From Tubiluchus corallicola (lineage: Eukaryota > Animalia > Priapulida), in assembly GCA_030141605.1 (NCBI GenBank), contig JAQGDQ010000959.1:11911-75910 (forward strand): 64,000 nt of DNA, given 5' to 3'. The notes under the pieces are model-generated. The model had not been told where the DNA came from, did not search any database, and saw only the letters and a program-made list of their open reading frames with translations. Both the position numbers and the translations under genes were made by a program. Shown here piece by piece: positions 40,401 through 53,299 of this stretch (position 1 is the first letter of the stretch; every line of letters starts with the position of its first letter).

Positions 40401-43400
40401 TTTTGCTCATGTTGTTGATATACAGAAGGAATAAAACTGGAACCAGGACTGAGCCCTGGGGCACTCCTGATGATACTGATGACCAAGCGGACTTAGTTCC
40501 ATTGACAGACTAACATATTAGTAATGGATTGTAACATAGAAATGCTGACAGGTTTCTGGCAAAAAATCTGAGATTACTATTATTATTATTATTTGTTATT
40601 ATTATTATACGTTATATGTACAACAGTCTGCAGTGCATTAATGAAGCCAGCCAGAGCAAGAACCTGCTAAAATCTAGAGTCGTGAGCTCTTAAAGCTTTA
40701 AACTTCTGTCACTTTAAATTTCTATTAATTAGAATACCCACTATACAATATTGTATAGTGTATCTATCTCATTATCATCCACATACTCCAATCTGTAGAA
40801 GAATAATCTTGTACGCTTCTCGTGTCTCCATCTGTTGTAGGAGAGAAGAAACTAGAATACGGAGGCGACCGATGGCATGAAACGTGTTTCGTTTGCAACA
40901 TATGCAAGAAACCAATCGGAACGGCATCGTTCTTCAAAAAAGAGGACAAAATCGTTTGCGAAGTCTGCCACGTAGAGAAATTTGCAAAAAATTGTGCAAA
41001 GTGCAATTCGGTAAGAATTTTTCCTTGTTAAATGGCAAAAAATGAGATTGCGAATTCATTTGCAATAGTATTATTGCTGTATAAAAGCGATTCTGCATTT
41101 TTTTGCAGCCAATAACTGGCTCGGGTGTTACGTTTGAGGACCAGGCATACCATCGGGACTGCTTTTTGTGCGAAGGCTGCAAGGGCCAATTGGCTGGTGT
41201 CAGCTTCACAAAAGAACAAGGCAAACCATACTGCCAAGACTGCTATGCTAAGAACTTTGCAAAGAAATGTGCAAGTTGCAGAAAAGTAATATCAGGTGAG
41301 AACTGACTTTATGATCTACTTTTAAGAACAGATTTGTTCAAAAGGTTTTCAAGTATTACAAGGCAAACATTTGCATGATACCAGAATATTTGCAGATATT
41401 TTTTGTACAGTTGAAACCGTGAATCTCATGCTGTTGATGTCTGTAAATCTTGCAATTGTGACAGTTTTTTCATATTTTTTAGCAAAAGGAACAGCAAGCG
41501 GTAAGAAAATCAAGTCAAATATGGGAGCTCTTTCCAAACCTTACCTATCCATCCAGTTGTGCCTTTTTCCAAAAACACTGCACCTTGTCTGGCTTTCTCT
41601 TGTGAAGACAAACTAGCACTTATCTTAAAACTTGAAAAAACTTAGTATTATCATATTTAATTATACATTTAATGACACCTGAATGTGTTAACTTTAATTT
41701 GCTAATGATAATTGATACAAAAAATATTTCAAAGCCGAAGGAGGTGCTGATGACGGTAAGTTATACCACCAAAACTTCGCATGTGCCATTTCACAAAGCT
41801 TGCTAGACATTTAAAAAAATGCATCAGCCAGACATTATAGAAACGAGTTCCACAAATATATGCTGCTGCTAGCAGATGATGTGTGGTAAATCAGTTTATT
41901 GGCTGCTAGGCATGAACTAAAATGTAGATGATACAGCACGGAAACGCTGAAGCACTTGGATGAGCAAGATCACGTGATTCAGTGTTCGATTCTAGAAGAG
42001 AAATCTGCTGTGTCCAAGGGTAGAGCTTTATTAGCTTGACGTAAGCTCCTCAGGTAACCTTTGTAAGTTCAGCTGACTTTGATAAGGTATTTACTAATCG
42101 TGTCGGTTTAAATGCGAAAAACAGGAAGATGTAAACGTGAAATGTGCTCATTACATCTTTCATAATTTTTAGTTCTTTCCAACAGGTATGGTGCTTAGCA
42201 TCCCAAGAGTTGATTTTACCACAAAATCGTCTGCCGGCATGTTGCTTGGAAAGCGTGTTAAGGCTGTTATGCACAAAAATAAAATTTTACCAGTTTAATT
42301 TCTAAGTTAGCTCATCTTCAATTAATTGAGCACTAGTATATCTTGTTTGCATTTGCAAAAACTGAAAACATGGTTCAGTAAATAGCTCTTAGCAATAGAC
42401 ACTATGTTGCATCATTTTTCAATGACAGTAGACAAATGCGTAGTGCATGTTTTTAAGACGTTTCTTTATGACTTGAATTGCTAGCTGTACATCACAAAGA
42501 ATGCACCAGTCATGACTTGAGTTGCTAGCTGTACATCACAAAGAATGCACCAGTCATGACTTGAGTTCCTAGCTGTACATCATAAAGAATGCACCAGTCA
42601 TGACTTGAGTTGCTAGCTGTAAAGCACAAAGTATGCACCAGTCATAACTTGAATTGCTAGCCGTACATCACAAAGAATGCACCAGTCATGGCTTGAGGTG
42701 CTAGCTGTAAAGCAGAAAGAATGCACCCAGTCATGGCTTGAGGTGCTAGCTGTAAAGCAGAAAGAATGCACCCAGTCATGACTTGAGTTGCTAGCTGTAA
42801 AGCAGAAAGAATGCACCAGTCATGACTTGAGTTGCTAGCTGTACATCACAAAGAATGCACCAGTCATGACTCGAGTTGCTATTTGTACATCACAAAGAAT
42901 GCACCAGTCATGACTCGAGTTGCTAGCTGTACATCATGCAGAATGCACCAGTCATGACTCGAGTTGCTAGCTGTACATCACAAAGAATGCACCAGTCATG
43001 ACTCGAGTTGCTAGCTGTACATCACAAAGAATGCACCAGTCGTGACTTGAGTTGCTAGCGGTACATCACAAAGTATGCACCAGTCATCTTCACAACTCTA
43101 AGGTTAAGGAACTGTTGCAGTTCGAGCTAGCAAATTTTTTACGTGGAATTTTTTCTAATTTTATTTTTCAAAAAAAAGGATTATTCAGAGAATCTAACAA
43201 ATTCTGCAACTACAAATGAATACAGGAATTGTACAGTTAACCAAATTTTCACTTTTAGTACATCCATTATAAAGCAATAATTACGTCATATTCATCTAAA
43301 TAATTATTTCATTGCATCAGTAAGGTTAAAAGTGGACTTACTTTATTATATTTCTGAAAAATGTACATAAAAACCGAACATTAAATTGGTTTTTTTCTGC

Positions 43401-43724
43401 ATTCAGTTGAAGTGAGTGAAAAAAATCAGCTGTTATTAAGCAGATAAATACATTTACTAAAATCAAATAGTTTTGCTTAAAATGTTGTGCCACATTTCTT
43501 GAAAAAATTGACAAATAACTAGCTAGAAAAGCTGACTCTCAACTTATTTTTGATACTTATAGTTCAACATGATTATTTCAGGTCCCGGGGGTCAGAAGTA
43601 CGTGACGTTTGAAGACAGAGCCTGGCATAATGACTGCTTCAACTGCACTAAGTGTAAATCATCATTAGTGGGCAAAGGTTTCCATACAGAAGGGTTGAGA
43701 GTGTTGTGCCCAAAATGTGCCTAG
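37414..43724 (+). CDS. FHL2: Four-and-a-half LIM domains protein (FHL2/Limpet-related), 274 aa, 5 coding exons
   Basis: Exons 37414-37557, 39152-39332, 40841-41010, 41109-41295 and 43582-43724. All are GT-AG with phases 0,1,0,1, and total 825 nt. Kozak GCCACCATG with an in-frame upstream stop. Protein MNCADCKKSLAGQQYVEVQAEKYCLKCHEKNFANVCAECKKKI...GPGGQKYVTFEDRAWHNDCFNCTKCKSSLVGKGFHTEGLRVLCPKCA* is a half LIM plus four CxxC..HxxC..CxxC..CxxC LIM domains. The symbol indicates the FHL family; one-to-one orthology to FHL2 is not established. Confidence 0.93.
37897..38922. repeat. 27-bp minisatellite, about 38 copies, in the first coding intron of the FHL-like gene
   Basis: Unit CACCAGGGA(C/T)GATCCTCCACAAGACAT. 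Confidence 0.97.
39985..40515 (-). mobile_element. Decayed CR1/L2-group LINE reverse transcriptase fragment, intronic and antisense
   Basis: Minus-strand translation gives NGTKSAWSSVSSGVPQGSVLVPVLFLLYINNM, NLGVIRDRNLNWSDHCDKI and VRPRLEYACCAW. These are canonical non-LTR RT motifs, interrupted by stops and frameshifts. Confidence 0.88.
42468..43087. repeat. 44-bp minisatellite, about 14 copies, in the last FHL intron
   Basis: Unit CATGACTTGAGTTGCTAGCTGTACATCACAAAGAATGCACCAGT. Confidence 0.96.
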
Positions 43725-44964
43725 AAGGAAATTCATATATGTATATGTATGCATACATAAAATTGTTGACGTGCAACGTAGGCTGATATTACTACAATTC
43801 TATCATGTCGACTTCGCAGCTTTGCTGCATGAACGAACTTTTCAGTCACCGACTTCGTTTTTACGTGTTGGCACGTTTCACGACGTACTGTTCTCACTCT
43901 AAATTGTAAAACTTTTTGGTTGTACACAAGTTTTATGTGAAAAATAGCAACATTTATTGAAAAAAATATAGGCACATTGTTTTGTGTGTGTGTGTGTGTG
44001 TATTATTCCATATGGTAGCTATGCATGTTACATTACACGTATAACAGACGGATTAGTAATGGGAAACTGTAATACCTTAATCTAGGCAGTAACATGAACA
44101 GCTAATTACAAAATGACACAAATTGTCAAAGCATAAAAATGTGTATGAAAAATTTGATGCTGCAGTGCACCATGCTGCTGCTCACACAAGCTATATTTTA
44201 AATGTTTTTATAAAAAAACATCATACTGACTATGCATTACTACTGCTGTTATATTACTGTAGGTCTGAAACATTAGTTCTAACAAATGTTGGGTGAGGGC
44301 GCATAGCACTCGCATACGCTACATAGTATGCACTATTTGTTACATCAAAACGAATAGCAAGTTAAGTCATACAATGTGTAAATATTTAACATTGACACAT
44401 ACTGTGCAGTCTGCACATGCTGATTAACACTAGTTCATCATCTAGTCCACAAATGGCAACATTTCTTATCTGTTGACTATTTAGAATAGCTTAGTGCAGT
44501 ACAACACGTTTCAAGCTAAGAGCAGTGAATAATAATTATATAAATCTGCTCACTTTTGGCAGTAATAAAGATTTTTTATTTGTATAAATTGTACAAAATT
44601 CAAATATGTTGCTACTACATACATTTTTTGCAAGTCTTGCCTAGAACAACAGTAAAATAGCATAGTTCACACATGTATTCTTAGTCTTCTCATCAATACT
44701 TAGACTATATTGTGTCGTGAGTATAATTATATTAATCCAATTGCTGTACATTGCACTTATTTTTTGTCAATTGGGTTTTTTGAGATCGATATTGCATATT
44801 GAGAGGTGTTGAGTACGAGTCTCAACTTGGTTTTATTAGTGTCATGCGCATTTCTAACCATTTTATGTTGAAACTATGCTAGTTTTGACATTGTTTTGTT
44901 TTTAGAGATGTTTACTGTTATAGAGTCTGAGATTTTTGTTGCAAGATATGTTGTATTCCTTTGA

Positions 44965-44970
44965 AATAAA
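44965..44970 (+). terminator. Candidate polyadenylation signal of the FHL-like gene
   Basis: AATAAA about 1.25 kb after the stop, preceded by U-rich sequence. Another AATAAA lies at 44564-44569. Confidence 0.4.
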
Positions 44971-45499
44971 TATGTAACTCAAATTATTTGCAATGAACAT
45001 CATTTCTCAATCTGAACCTAGAATTAGACGTTTGTAAAATAAAATTTGTTAAGCTGCAAGCGTGGCACAATGGTCCGACCAAAAGCATAACTATTTGTGT
45101 TACGGAGAGTGCTCGTATTTCAATACAGCCCTGGTTTGCTCCCTGACATTTGAGATTCAAAACTGTAGGTGGAGCCACACTTGTAACTTCACCAAAATGT
45201 TAAATGGCTTGTTCGGGCAAAAACTAGTAAAAAATATAGATTTCCAGCAATTTATTGCAAAAATACAATCCTACAAACTCCTAGATTACAAACTTCTTCA
45301 TTGAACATGGGAGTGGAGTAGCAAGAGACTGAGGCAATCCATCTTAATTTGAGCAACTGCTCTCAGGTATTTATACTCCCCTTTTTTTGAAGCTCAGGAT
45401 GAAAATTGCAAAAAAAATGACGTGAAATTTGTTAAACATCACCTTCTCAGTTAACAAGAAAAACAGAAACAACACAAATTTATAAAAACTTGTAGAATA

Positions 45500-48400
45500 C
45501 TAGTCGGCATGTAAGACTTTGTGTCTGCTTGCTGGTGAATATGGCTTCTGTTGTTGTGGCGACTTTCTATCAAACTGCAAAGTAGCCTTGGTCAGTGATA
45601 CCGGCTTGCTGTAGTAATGTCGCTGTATAACCTAGAGTAACGATTGTGTCATTAACTTAAAACAAGAAAATATATTATTTACGTCAACTGGAATTTTTGG
45701 TACACGAAGGACTTGAAAAACCATTAGCAAACCAAATTTGAATCATGTCTGAAAGTCTTTAACTAAATGACAAGGAGTAACATAGATTCAAATTCAGATT
45801 ATTTTTCCCATAATAATAACGTCATATAACAAAAATGATGTAAATAACTAAAAAGGAAAAAAGGGTGGCGAAAAGCTAAGGCTATTGAGTCACCCACCCT
45901 TTTCAAGATGTTTAAATGCAGCAAAGAAAAAGAAGTTCATAATTAATTTATAATTAGGTTACCGTTAGCAATAATAAATTGTACAAAATTTACGCAGCAG
46001 ATATGTAGCGGTGTGAGTAACGGTAAATATAAAATATACAAAATCAAAATAAACAAAATGAAAATAAAGCCTATATAAAAATTCATAATAATTCATATGT
46101 AATCAAATAGCCCTAACATAGTTTGGCAAAGCATAAAACAGTTAACGAAATTAAGCGATGCGCTAGAGCAAGTAGCTTCTGATTGTGCAACCACTAAGCG
46201 ATGCGCTAGAGCGAGTAGCTTCTGATTGTGCATCCACTAAGCGATGCACTAGAGCGAGTAGCTTCTGATTGTGCATCCACTAAGCGATGCGCTAGAGCGA
46301 GTAGCTTCTGATTATGCATCCACTAAGCGATGCGCTAGAGCGAGTAGCTTCTGATTGTGCATCCACTAAGCGATGCGCTAGAACGAGTAGCTTCTGATTG
46401 TGCATCCACTAAGCGATGCGCTAGAGCGAGTAGCCTCTGATTATGCATCCACTAAGCGATGCACTAGAGCGAGTAGCTTCTGATTATGCATCCACTAAGC
46501 GATGCGCTAGAGCGAGTAGCTTCTGATTATGCATCCACTAAGCGATGCGCTAGAGCGAGTAGCTTCTGATTATGCATCCACTAAGCGATGCGCTAGAGCG
46601 AGTAGCTTCTGAATATGCATCCACTAAGCGATGCGCTAGAGCGAGTAGCTTCTGATTATGCATCCACTAAGCGATGCGCTAGAGCGAGTAGCTTCTGATT
46701 GTGCATCCACTAAGCGATGCGCTAGAGCGAGTAGCTTCTGATTGTGCATCCACTAAGCGATGCGCTAGAGCGAGTAGTTTCTGATTATGCATCCACTAAG
46801 TGATGCACTAGAGCGAGTAGCTTCTGATTGTGCATCCACTAAGCGATGCACTAGAGCGAGTAGCTTCTGATTATGCATCCACTAAGCGATGCACTAGAGC
46901 AAGTAGCTTCTGATTATGCATCCACTAAGCGATGCACTAGAGCAAGTAGCTTGTGATTATGCATCCACTAAAAACTGCATGGGCCTCTTGAATTATAATC
47001 TCTGTAAAAAATTTTTAAGTGTAAATTCAATCCCGAGGAACTCACAGACGAAAAATAACTATGAATAGTTTTACAAAAACAAATAAATTCCCAAAAGAGA
47101 AATGCACAATGGCGCGGGCTAAAGTGATGGTTCAGCTTTTTGAATCACTACTTTACTGAAAATGTGTTCTTACTTATGACTTGAACTTCTGTTTGCCTAA
47201 GTAATGATGTCACTAAATGACAGTATAGGTGAGTAAAAGGAAAGTTGAAAAGTACCAAAGATCTGGTCATATTAAGAGATTTTTCTAACCATTGCAGCTC
47301 TATAATGAAAAATAATTATTGTTATACATCGAAAAAACAGCTTCACATTTCCTAACAGCAGTTGTTTTAATGTCACAGCGAAAACAGGAGCCTATCACAT
47401 TCCGTGTAGGTGCTACATAAAATTAGTTTCATAAACTTACCCGATTAAAAAATCTACTCAGTCGCACAGAATTGCTAGAACCGGCAGCGAGATACTTTGG
47501 ATTATGGCAGTCCTGAAAATCATCATCGTAACAATTTAACGATTTGATTACGGTATTCAGCAGCATGTGAACGACGATTTTCTTAATTAAGTGGCTGTAG
47601 TGTCAGGTGAACATACCAAATGAATTTCATCCGCTAAACAGTCTTCAGCTATTGATGACACCTTACTGACCGGTCGATGATCGCTAGCACTGGCATCGGC
47701 TAGCAAATCTGCCTTGGTACCAATGACCATAATTGGTATCTGACTGGAACCAGCAAATTGTTCTGTATCATAATCCTCTTCGCTACAAAATACTGAGTGT
47801 TTCGTAAAAATGTCAAAATTAAAAAAATGGTGAATTAGTCCAGGTAAAAAATGGAAATTAAGTTAAATACAATTAACACAGAATTCAGTGGCAGCTCGTA
47901 ATTAAAATTAATGGGGTTGCTGCTTCAGAAAATGTTTAGCCATTGTTTTAATACTGTGCAAAGCAAAACAAACATATGTAACTTTAATGTTATAATTTGT
48001 AATTATAATTTTAAACAAACAAACACACGAAAGTTTATACCTAAACTTGATAACATCCTAAACAAAAAAAATATTTTTTTGCTTACTAATAGCCTAAACT
48101 GTCACAGTTCAAGCTTGATCCATTCACAGTAAGCATGTGGCAACTGACAACAAACTGTGTGAGCGGCAGTAGTTTTTCTACCTGGGCTCAGGCATGTGCG
48201 CATGGCCGCATGTGCGCAACAGCCAAACACTACATTACTGGAGCGCACTGTGCTGGGCTGTGAAGCAAACAGTACTATCCTCACATTCTCTGATTCCTGT
48301 ACAAGTATAAAGAAATATCTAAAGAAAAACGACCTATTATATTGAATATTAACGATAATATTGAGCGAAAATAAGGGGTGTTGCAGTTCAACAGTACCTA

Positions 48401-51400
48401 TACACGAGCCGCCACTGTCAGAATCAGAATCAAAGTAAGCAAGCCTTCTTAAAATATAAAAAATGATATTCACAAATATTTGTTAAAAAAGTTAAATTGA
48501 CTTATTTTGTCAATACAGTTTCCTTACAGCTCATTTTATACGACTTTTAAAACTAACGTAAAATAACATTAAAATAAAACTAGAATATAGAAAGATTGTG
48601 TCATCAACTTACTCAGTATTGAACTCACATTGAGCTGAACCGCGTAGAATCTCCGCTAACCACTTACGCAAGTTTTGATGAGATTTCCTATTTGTTAAAT
48701 CATGCACTAGAATAATACCTAAAGTAAATCAACTTTCATATATCTTACGAATATACGGCGGTGCTATACAGTATACGAAATGTGAAAAAAAATCTTGTTT
48801 CCTAGTATCTGTAATCTCCAGTAACAGGCTACATAATACAAAACTTCTTGGGCGTACATTTCAGGTTGAACATTATAATGCAAATTTGTTATTAATGTTA
48901 GGCCAGTTCAGTGGGTGACAACTTAAGCAAGTAGGATGGAAACTGCCATAATTTTTACAATTCCAGAAACTGTACAATTTTTAAAATCATTTTAATTATT
49001 TAGAGCGCAGTATCAAAATTGTAGTGAACAGCAGCACCGCGCAATTTGATCCTGAATTATACCACAAATCTCTGCAGCGACTCTATAAACTTCAAACGAC
49101 AAACACTTCATTAAGTTCGTTTAATTTCAATCACAACTTTCCTTTGTGGTAACCAACTTGGCATAAACAATAATCACACACGAAAATAATTAATAAGAAA
49201 ACCGACATTCAGGAACATGAAAAATACTAGTTCTTTAAACAAACTTAGCTGACACAGGTATTTTGCTAATGCAGTAGCAACACTAATTAGACTGAGCGGT
49301 TTCTACTTTGCCAGACAAAATTTCCAAATGCAATTTTTGCACCATGCCAATAAGTCAATTTTAAAGTTACTTAATTACTGTGGATTCTGCTGACATTCAT
49401 TAGGAGGCCTACTAGCCAGTCCACTCTCACCCAAACTCCTTACTGAAATGCTTTAAAGGAAGATCGGATGATTGTTTAGACTCAATCTCATTTTAATTTA
49501 CTGTCCAAAATATACATTTTCTTGCCTATAAAAGTTAACAATTGTTCCTTATATTTGAATAATTTGTTTAGAAAATTAACTAACAGCAACCGAACACAGC
49601 TATTGCGTACGTCAGTAACTAACCACAGTTTATGCAATGCGCGTCTTCCCTTGACGGTCAAGCACATTTCCATAAGTGTTACAGTACTGTCTAAATGCAT
49701 GATGTCACGAAAAATGTGCTTTACATCATACGACGTCAGAAACTAACACAGTATTTCATGATCATGCTCACCACGATACTGCCTTCTATTTGTCGACCAC
49801 GCGAATGTGACAAAAAGGCGCAGTTGCCAATCTTAGTAGATTCACTGAGTGGCACGTAGCTTTGAAGGTTTAACGAAATTTGAGTATCCGAGGTAATTAT
49901 TGTTTAATCTAAGCCTTGATTTAAAATGAGCTATTGTAGTTTTCAATATTTTAGAGCATTCTTTATTCCGAACTCGTGTTTGGAATCGTCCGTTTTTCCT
50001 TTAATTAATTCTTAATTATTGCTCAGTGGATTCTGCTGACACTCATTAGGTCTACTAGCCTATCCACTCTCATCCAAACTCCTTACTCAAATAGTTTAAA
50101 AGTCCTGCTCAAACAGTTGCAGAAATTAAATCAAATGAAAATTGATTATAAAATGGAATGATAGGGTTACTGAAGTCATACCATGAACCAAAGAATAGAA
50201 CATGCATCTGCAGTTCCTGTAGCTGTTTGAACCACCAACATCCCAGAATTCTATAAAAAATGTCCGCTCATCTGGCGTTCCCTCCCTGTATTCATGTAAC
50301 TGCAAAGCAGAAGTTAAATTAAATTTACAAAGTATTCGTACATTCACATGCTAATATTATGTGAATTATATTTATTTCTAAATATTTTAGTTTTTGCTGA
50401 GAAAAGTGAGCACTTATACCACCCACTTGCCAACAGCTATAGAGCAGAATAATGAAAAAATTATCAAAAATACACAAAATTTACAAGAAAACAGACGTAT
50501 CGACAACAAGAACAAGAATAATCAAAATAAGTCTATTGATGACATGTTATTTTTTTATGAATTTGCATTTTTATGAGTTTCACAACTGTGAATGACAAGA
50601 TAATCAAAGCTACAAAATGAACAATAACAAGATGGTTACAGGTGATGCAGTTGTACAAACTGATGAAATTTCATTTTTCTTTTACAGTTATTCCAAACAG
50701 GAAAAACAGGAAACCATTTTTGCCGAAGCCATAATTTACTACACTGCACTCCTCTTCTGTTCTTTTTCATTTTCTGTCACATTCTCAATGCCTCTGCCAT
50801 CTACAGAGGTATACAGGATCTGAACAAATGTAATTTAATAAGCAAGATGACAAATTACCTTAACATCAACCGAACAGCCGACCGTCCATGACGGGTTATG
50901 TATGGCTTCATCATTGCATATCAAATGTACTAAGGAAGACTTTCCTACTCCTAAAAAACAAATAAATTAAAATAAACAGAAGTAAATGCAGTAAAAAATA
51001 AAGTAACTTACTGGGAAAACTGCGAGCATTTAGCTAGACAGATAAATGCCAAACATCACCAAAAGGAATTCAGGAAAGAAGGTCAATGTTGCTGTAACTA
51101 AGTTTGCAACAGTATCTCATATGCTGTCAGACCCACCGGTTTCATGACTGACTCACCAATGATAGTACCACAGTAAGTAAGTAAGTTAGAAGGGCAGAGA
51201 AAGGCACTAATATATGCTAGCACAGTTTCTAGATACCAGTAGTACCACATTATTATTATGACTATGAGTATGGTTCATACTACCACAATTTCAGAACAAC
51301 CTCCAGTTTATTTATGGCCTAATCAATCCTAACGACACATCAACATTTTTGAAGCTTTGGACTCAAACAATCACCTCACTTTGAAATTTCAAGACTAATT

Positions 51401-51819
51401 TTCAGAGTCTTTACAACTCTTACCACCTAAAAGGCCACAAGCAACTTACTACAATGGACCTCGATAATGGCTCGATTAATGTAAATATTGTATCCTGCTA
51501 GATACAACTATTTTTCCCTGGCAGTTCTGTAATTCGCAAACCATAATTCCAATTTGCCAAATATAAACACATTATACAGACTTGCAATAATAATAAGAAA
51601 AAAATTAATAATACCAACATAACCATACAGAATTAAGTATAAATGGCGTGACAAGAAACAAAATATTATTATAAACTACTAAATAAATGAAGCTCGACTC
51701 CAGTGAGTCATAACTAACTACTCGCAGTTTAAAAATTAAAATTCGTACAAAGAAACTCTACCTGAATCTCCAACAACCAAAAGTTTAACTTTGTCCAAAT
51801 CTGTACTGAAAGCTGCCAT
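45500..51819 (-). CDS. RABL3: Rab-like protein 3, 247 aa, 7 coding exons
   Basis: Exons 51819-51762, 50950-50859, 50299-50182, 48718-48613, 47782-47617, 47512-47441 and 45631-45500 total 744 nt with consistent phases. Protein [74 protein letters not shown]...[17 protein letters not shown]...[11 protein letters not shown]...[30 protein letters not shown]...LHAD* matches recalled RABL3 signatures ([26 protein letters not shown]) and has no CAAX. Confidence 0.96.
46152..46971. repeat. 43-bp minisatellite, about 19 copies, in the last RABL3 intron
   Basis: Unit CTAAGCGATGCGCTAGAGCGAGTAGCTTCTGATT(G/A)TGCATCCA. Confidence 0.97.
47886..48417. mobile_element. Non-autonomous hAT-like element, copy 1 (RABL3 intron)
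   Basis: TIRs CAGTGGCAGCTCGT / ACGAGCCGCCACTG. Degenerate 8-bp TSD ACAGAATT / TCAGAATC. A homologous inverted copy lies at 58303-58704. Confidence 0.8.
49457..50000. mobile_element. Kolobok-type MITE family A, copy 6 (RABL3 intron)
   Basis: TTAA|AGGAAGATCGGATGATTG ... AATCGTCCGTTTTTCCT|TTAA. Confidence 0.88.
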
Positions 51820-52199
51820 ACTGTAATTTGCGTAACAAATTTAACAACAGAAAAAAAACGAAAATTATTTCACGCGACCTGCCTGCGCCGTGGTAGTGGT
51901 AGTGGTGGGCGATAATAATCCTGTTTTCCTTCAATGAATTAAACTGAATATCAAAGTTTTTGAATCCTAACTGAATTCGAATTCACTGCATGCGTTTTAA
52001 ATGTTTTCGAACAAATTTTTGAATAACTAATAAAAGCGGTCGTATAGGACAAAAAGTTCATTTATACTATCACTGTTACTGGATTATATCCTAAAATACA
52101 AATTTTTAGGCATTGTGATAGCCGTCATTCACTTAAAAATCATGGCGTAACTGGAGGACTTCATGACTTTTTATAAGTGCATCGTGTCTTTCAGTAAGT
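51820..52199. promoter_or_regulatory. Probable bidirectional promoter of RABL3/GTF2E1 and non-coding first exon of GTF2E1
   Basis: RABL3 ATG at 51819 (-). The GTF2E1 ATG exon is preceded by an acceptor (TTTTCAG, 54087-54093), implying an upstream UTR exon. Best candidate donor is TCA|GTAAGT at 52194. YY1-like CATGGCG at 52141. Confidence 0.55.
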
Positions 52200-53299
52200 A
52201 GGCACTGTTTGAACTAATTTAGACTTCTGCAGCTTAGCTAATGTTGCGTCACAAAATTAACTCTCTAATTTTTTGTAAAACCTACTATAGTTTTTCATAG
52301 TTTTATTCCTAAATCTTTCTAACATTTTTTGTGAGTACTGAAATAAGCCTTATTGTGGAGAATGTTTTAACCATTATAAGTTGAAAGTTGAAACTATCGC
52401 ATGTTATTTCGATGGCTAATAAAAAAAATTGTCTATGAAGACTTCACACTCAGAGCCGTCTCTGAAAACACAACACTTTGAGGTTCACGGTGTAACTTCA
52501 AAATAGTTTGATTTCTGGTATTGCCAGTTTCAGCCGATATCGTGAAAAGGAATCAGTTGTGAGAATTCCTAAAAGAATGAACGTGATGAATGTAATATGG
52601 ACGTCTGTTCACTAATTTAATGGACGTGACGAACGTTGTTAAAATAAAAATCACCTGGCATAAACTAATCAGATTGATTTGCATGTAATATATGAATTCC
52701 GTACGTTTAAACTAACATCAAATATTCGCTAAATGTCAAGCCCAGCACGTCAACATTTACGTAGGTCTACTAATTTACTTCAAATTATTTTGTGAATGGA
52801 CGCCTGAAGTTACCTTCGCCCAATTCAGATACACACACCAAATAGACGTCCACTGCATTCAAATACACAGTAAATCGCGTCCATCAAAATAGTCTCATAT
52901 AGTGAATGAATGCTAGGAAGGTACGTCCAAAAATACGTAGGTCCATCAGTTTAATAGAAGGGCGTTCAACTTCCGTCAAAAATTTTTATGTATTTATTGC
53001 TAGATTTACTACCAATTACTCGAATTACGTCCAACAAGTCCATCGAAATAACAAATTATCGGTATAATTATTACTATTAGTATTACTAATTAGTGTAGGC
53101 CTATATAAATATTTTACAGTTTCTAAAGTAGTTTTAAACCGCTAACTTAACACTTGAGAACGTATGTTGTTCGTGTTTACATTTGCTTCGTTTATGTCCG
53201 TGTTTATTTTGAAACTTATAGTGGTTGCTTTTCATTTTATGCATGTATGTGCAATGTTTTTATGTACATGTTAATTGTGTGCTTGCAAACCAAAACCGT

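Noticed and set aside
48102-48473. Paralogous-looking ORFs at 48102-48473 (-) and 58315-58749 (+)
   Set aside because: Both lie in copies of one hAT-like non-autonomous element inside introns, with no recognisable protein motif.
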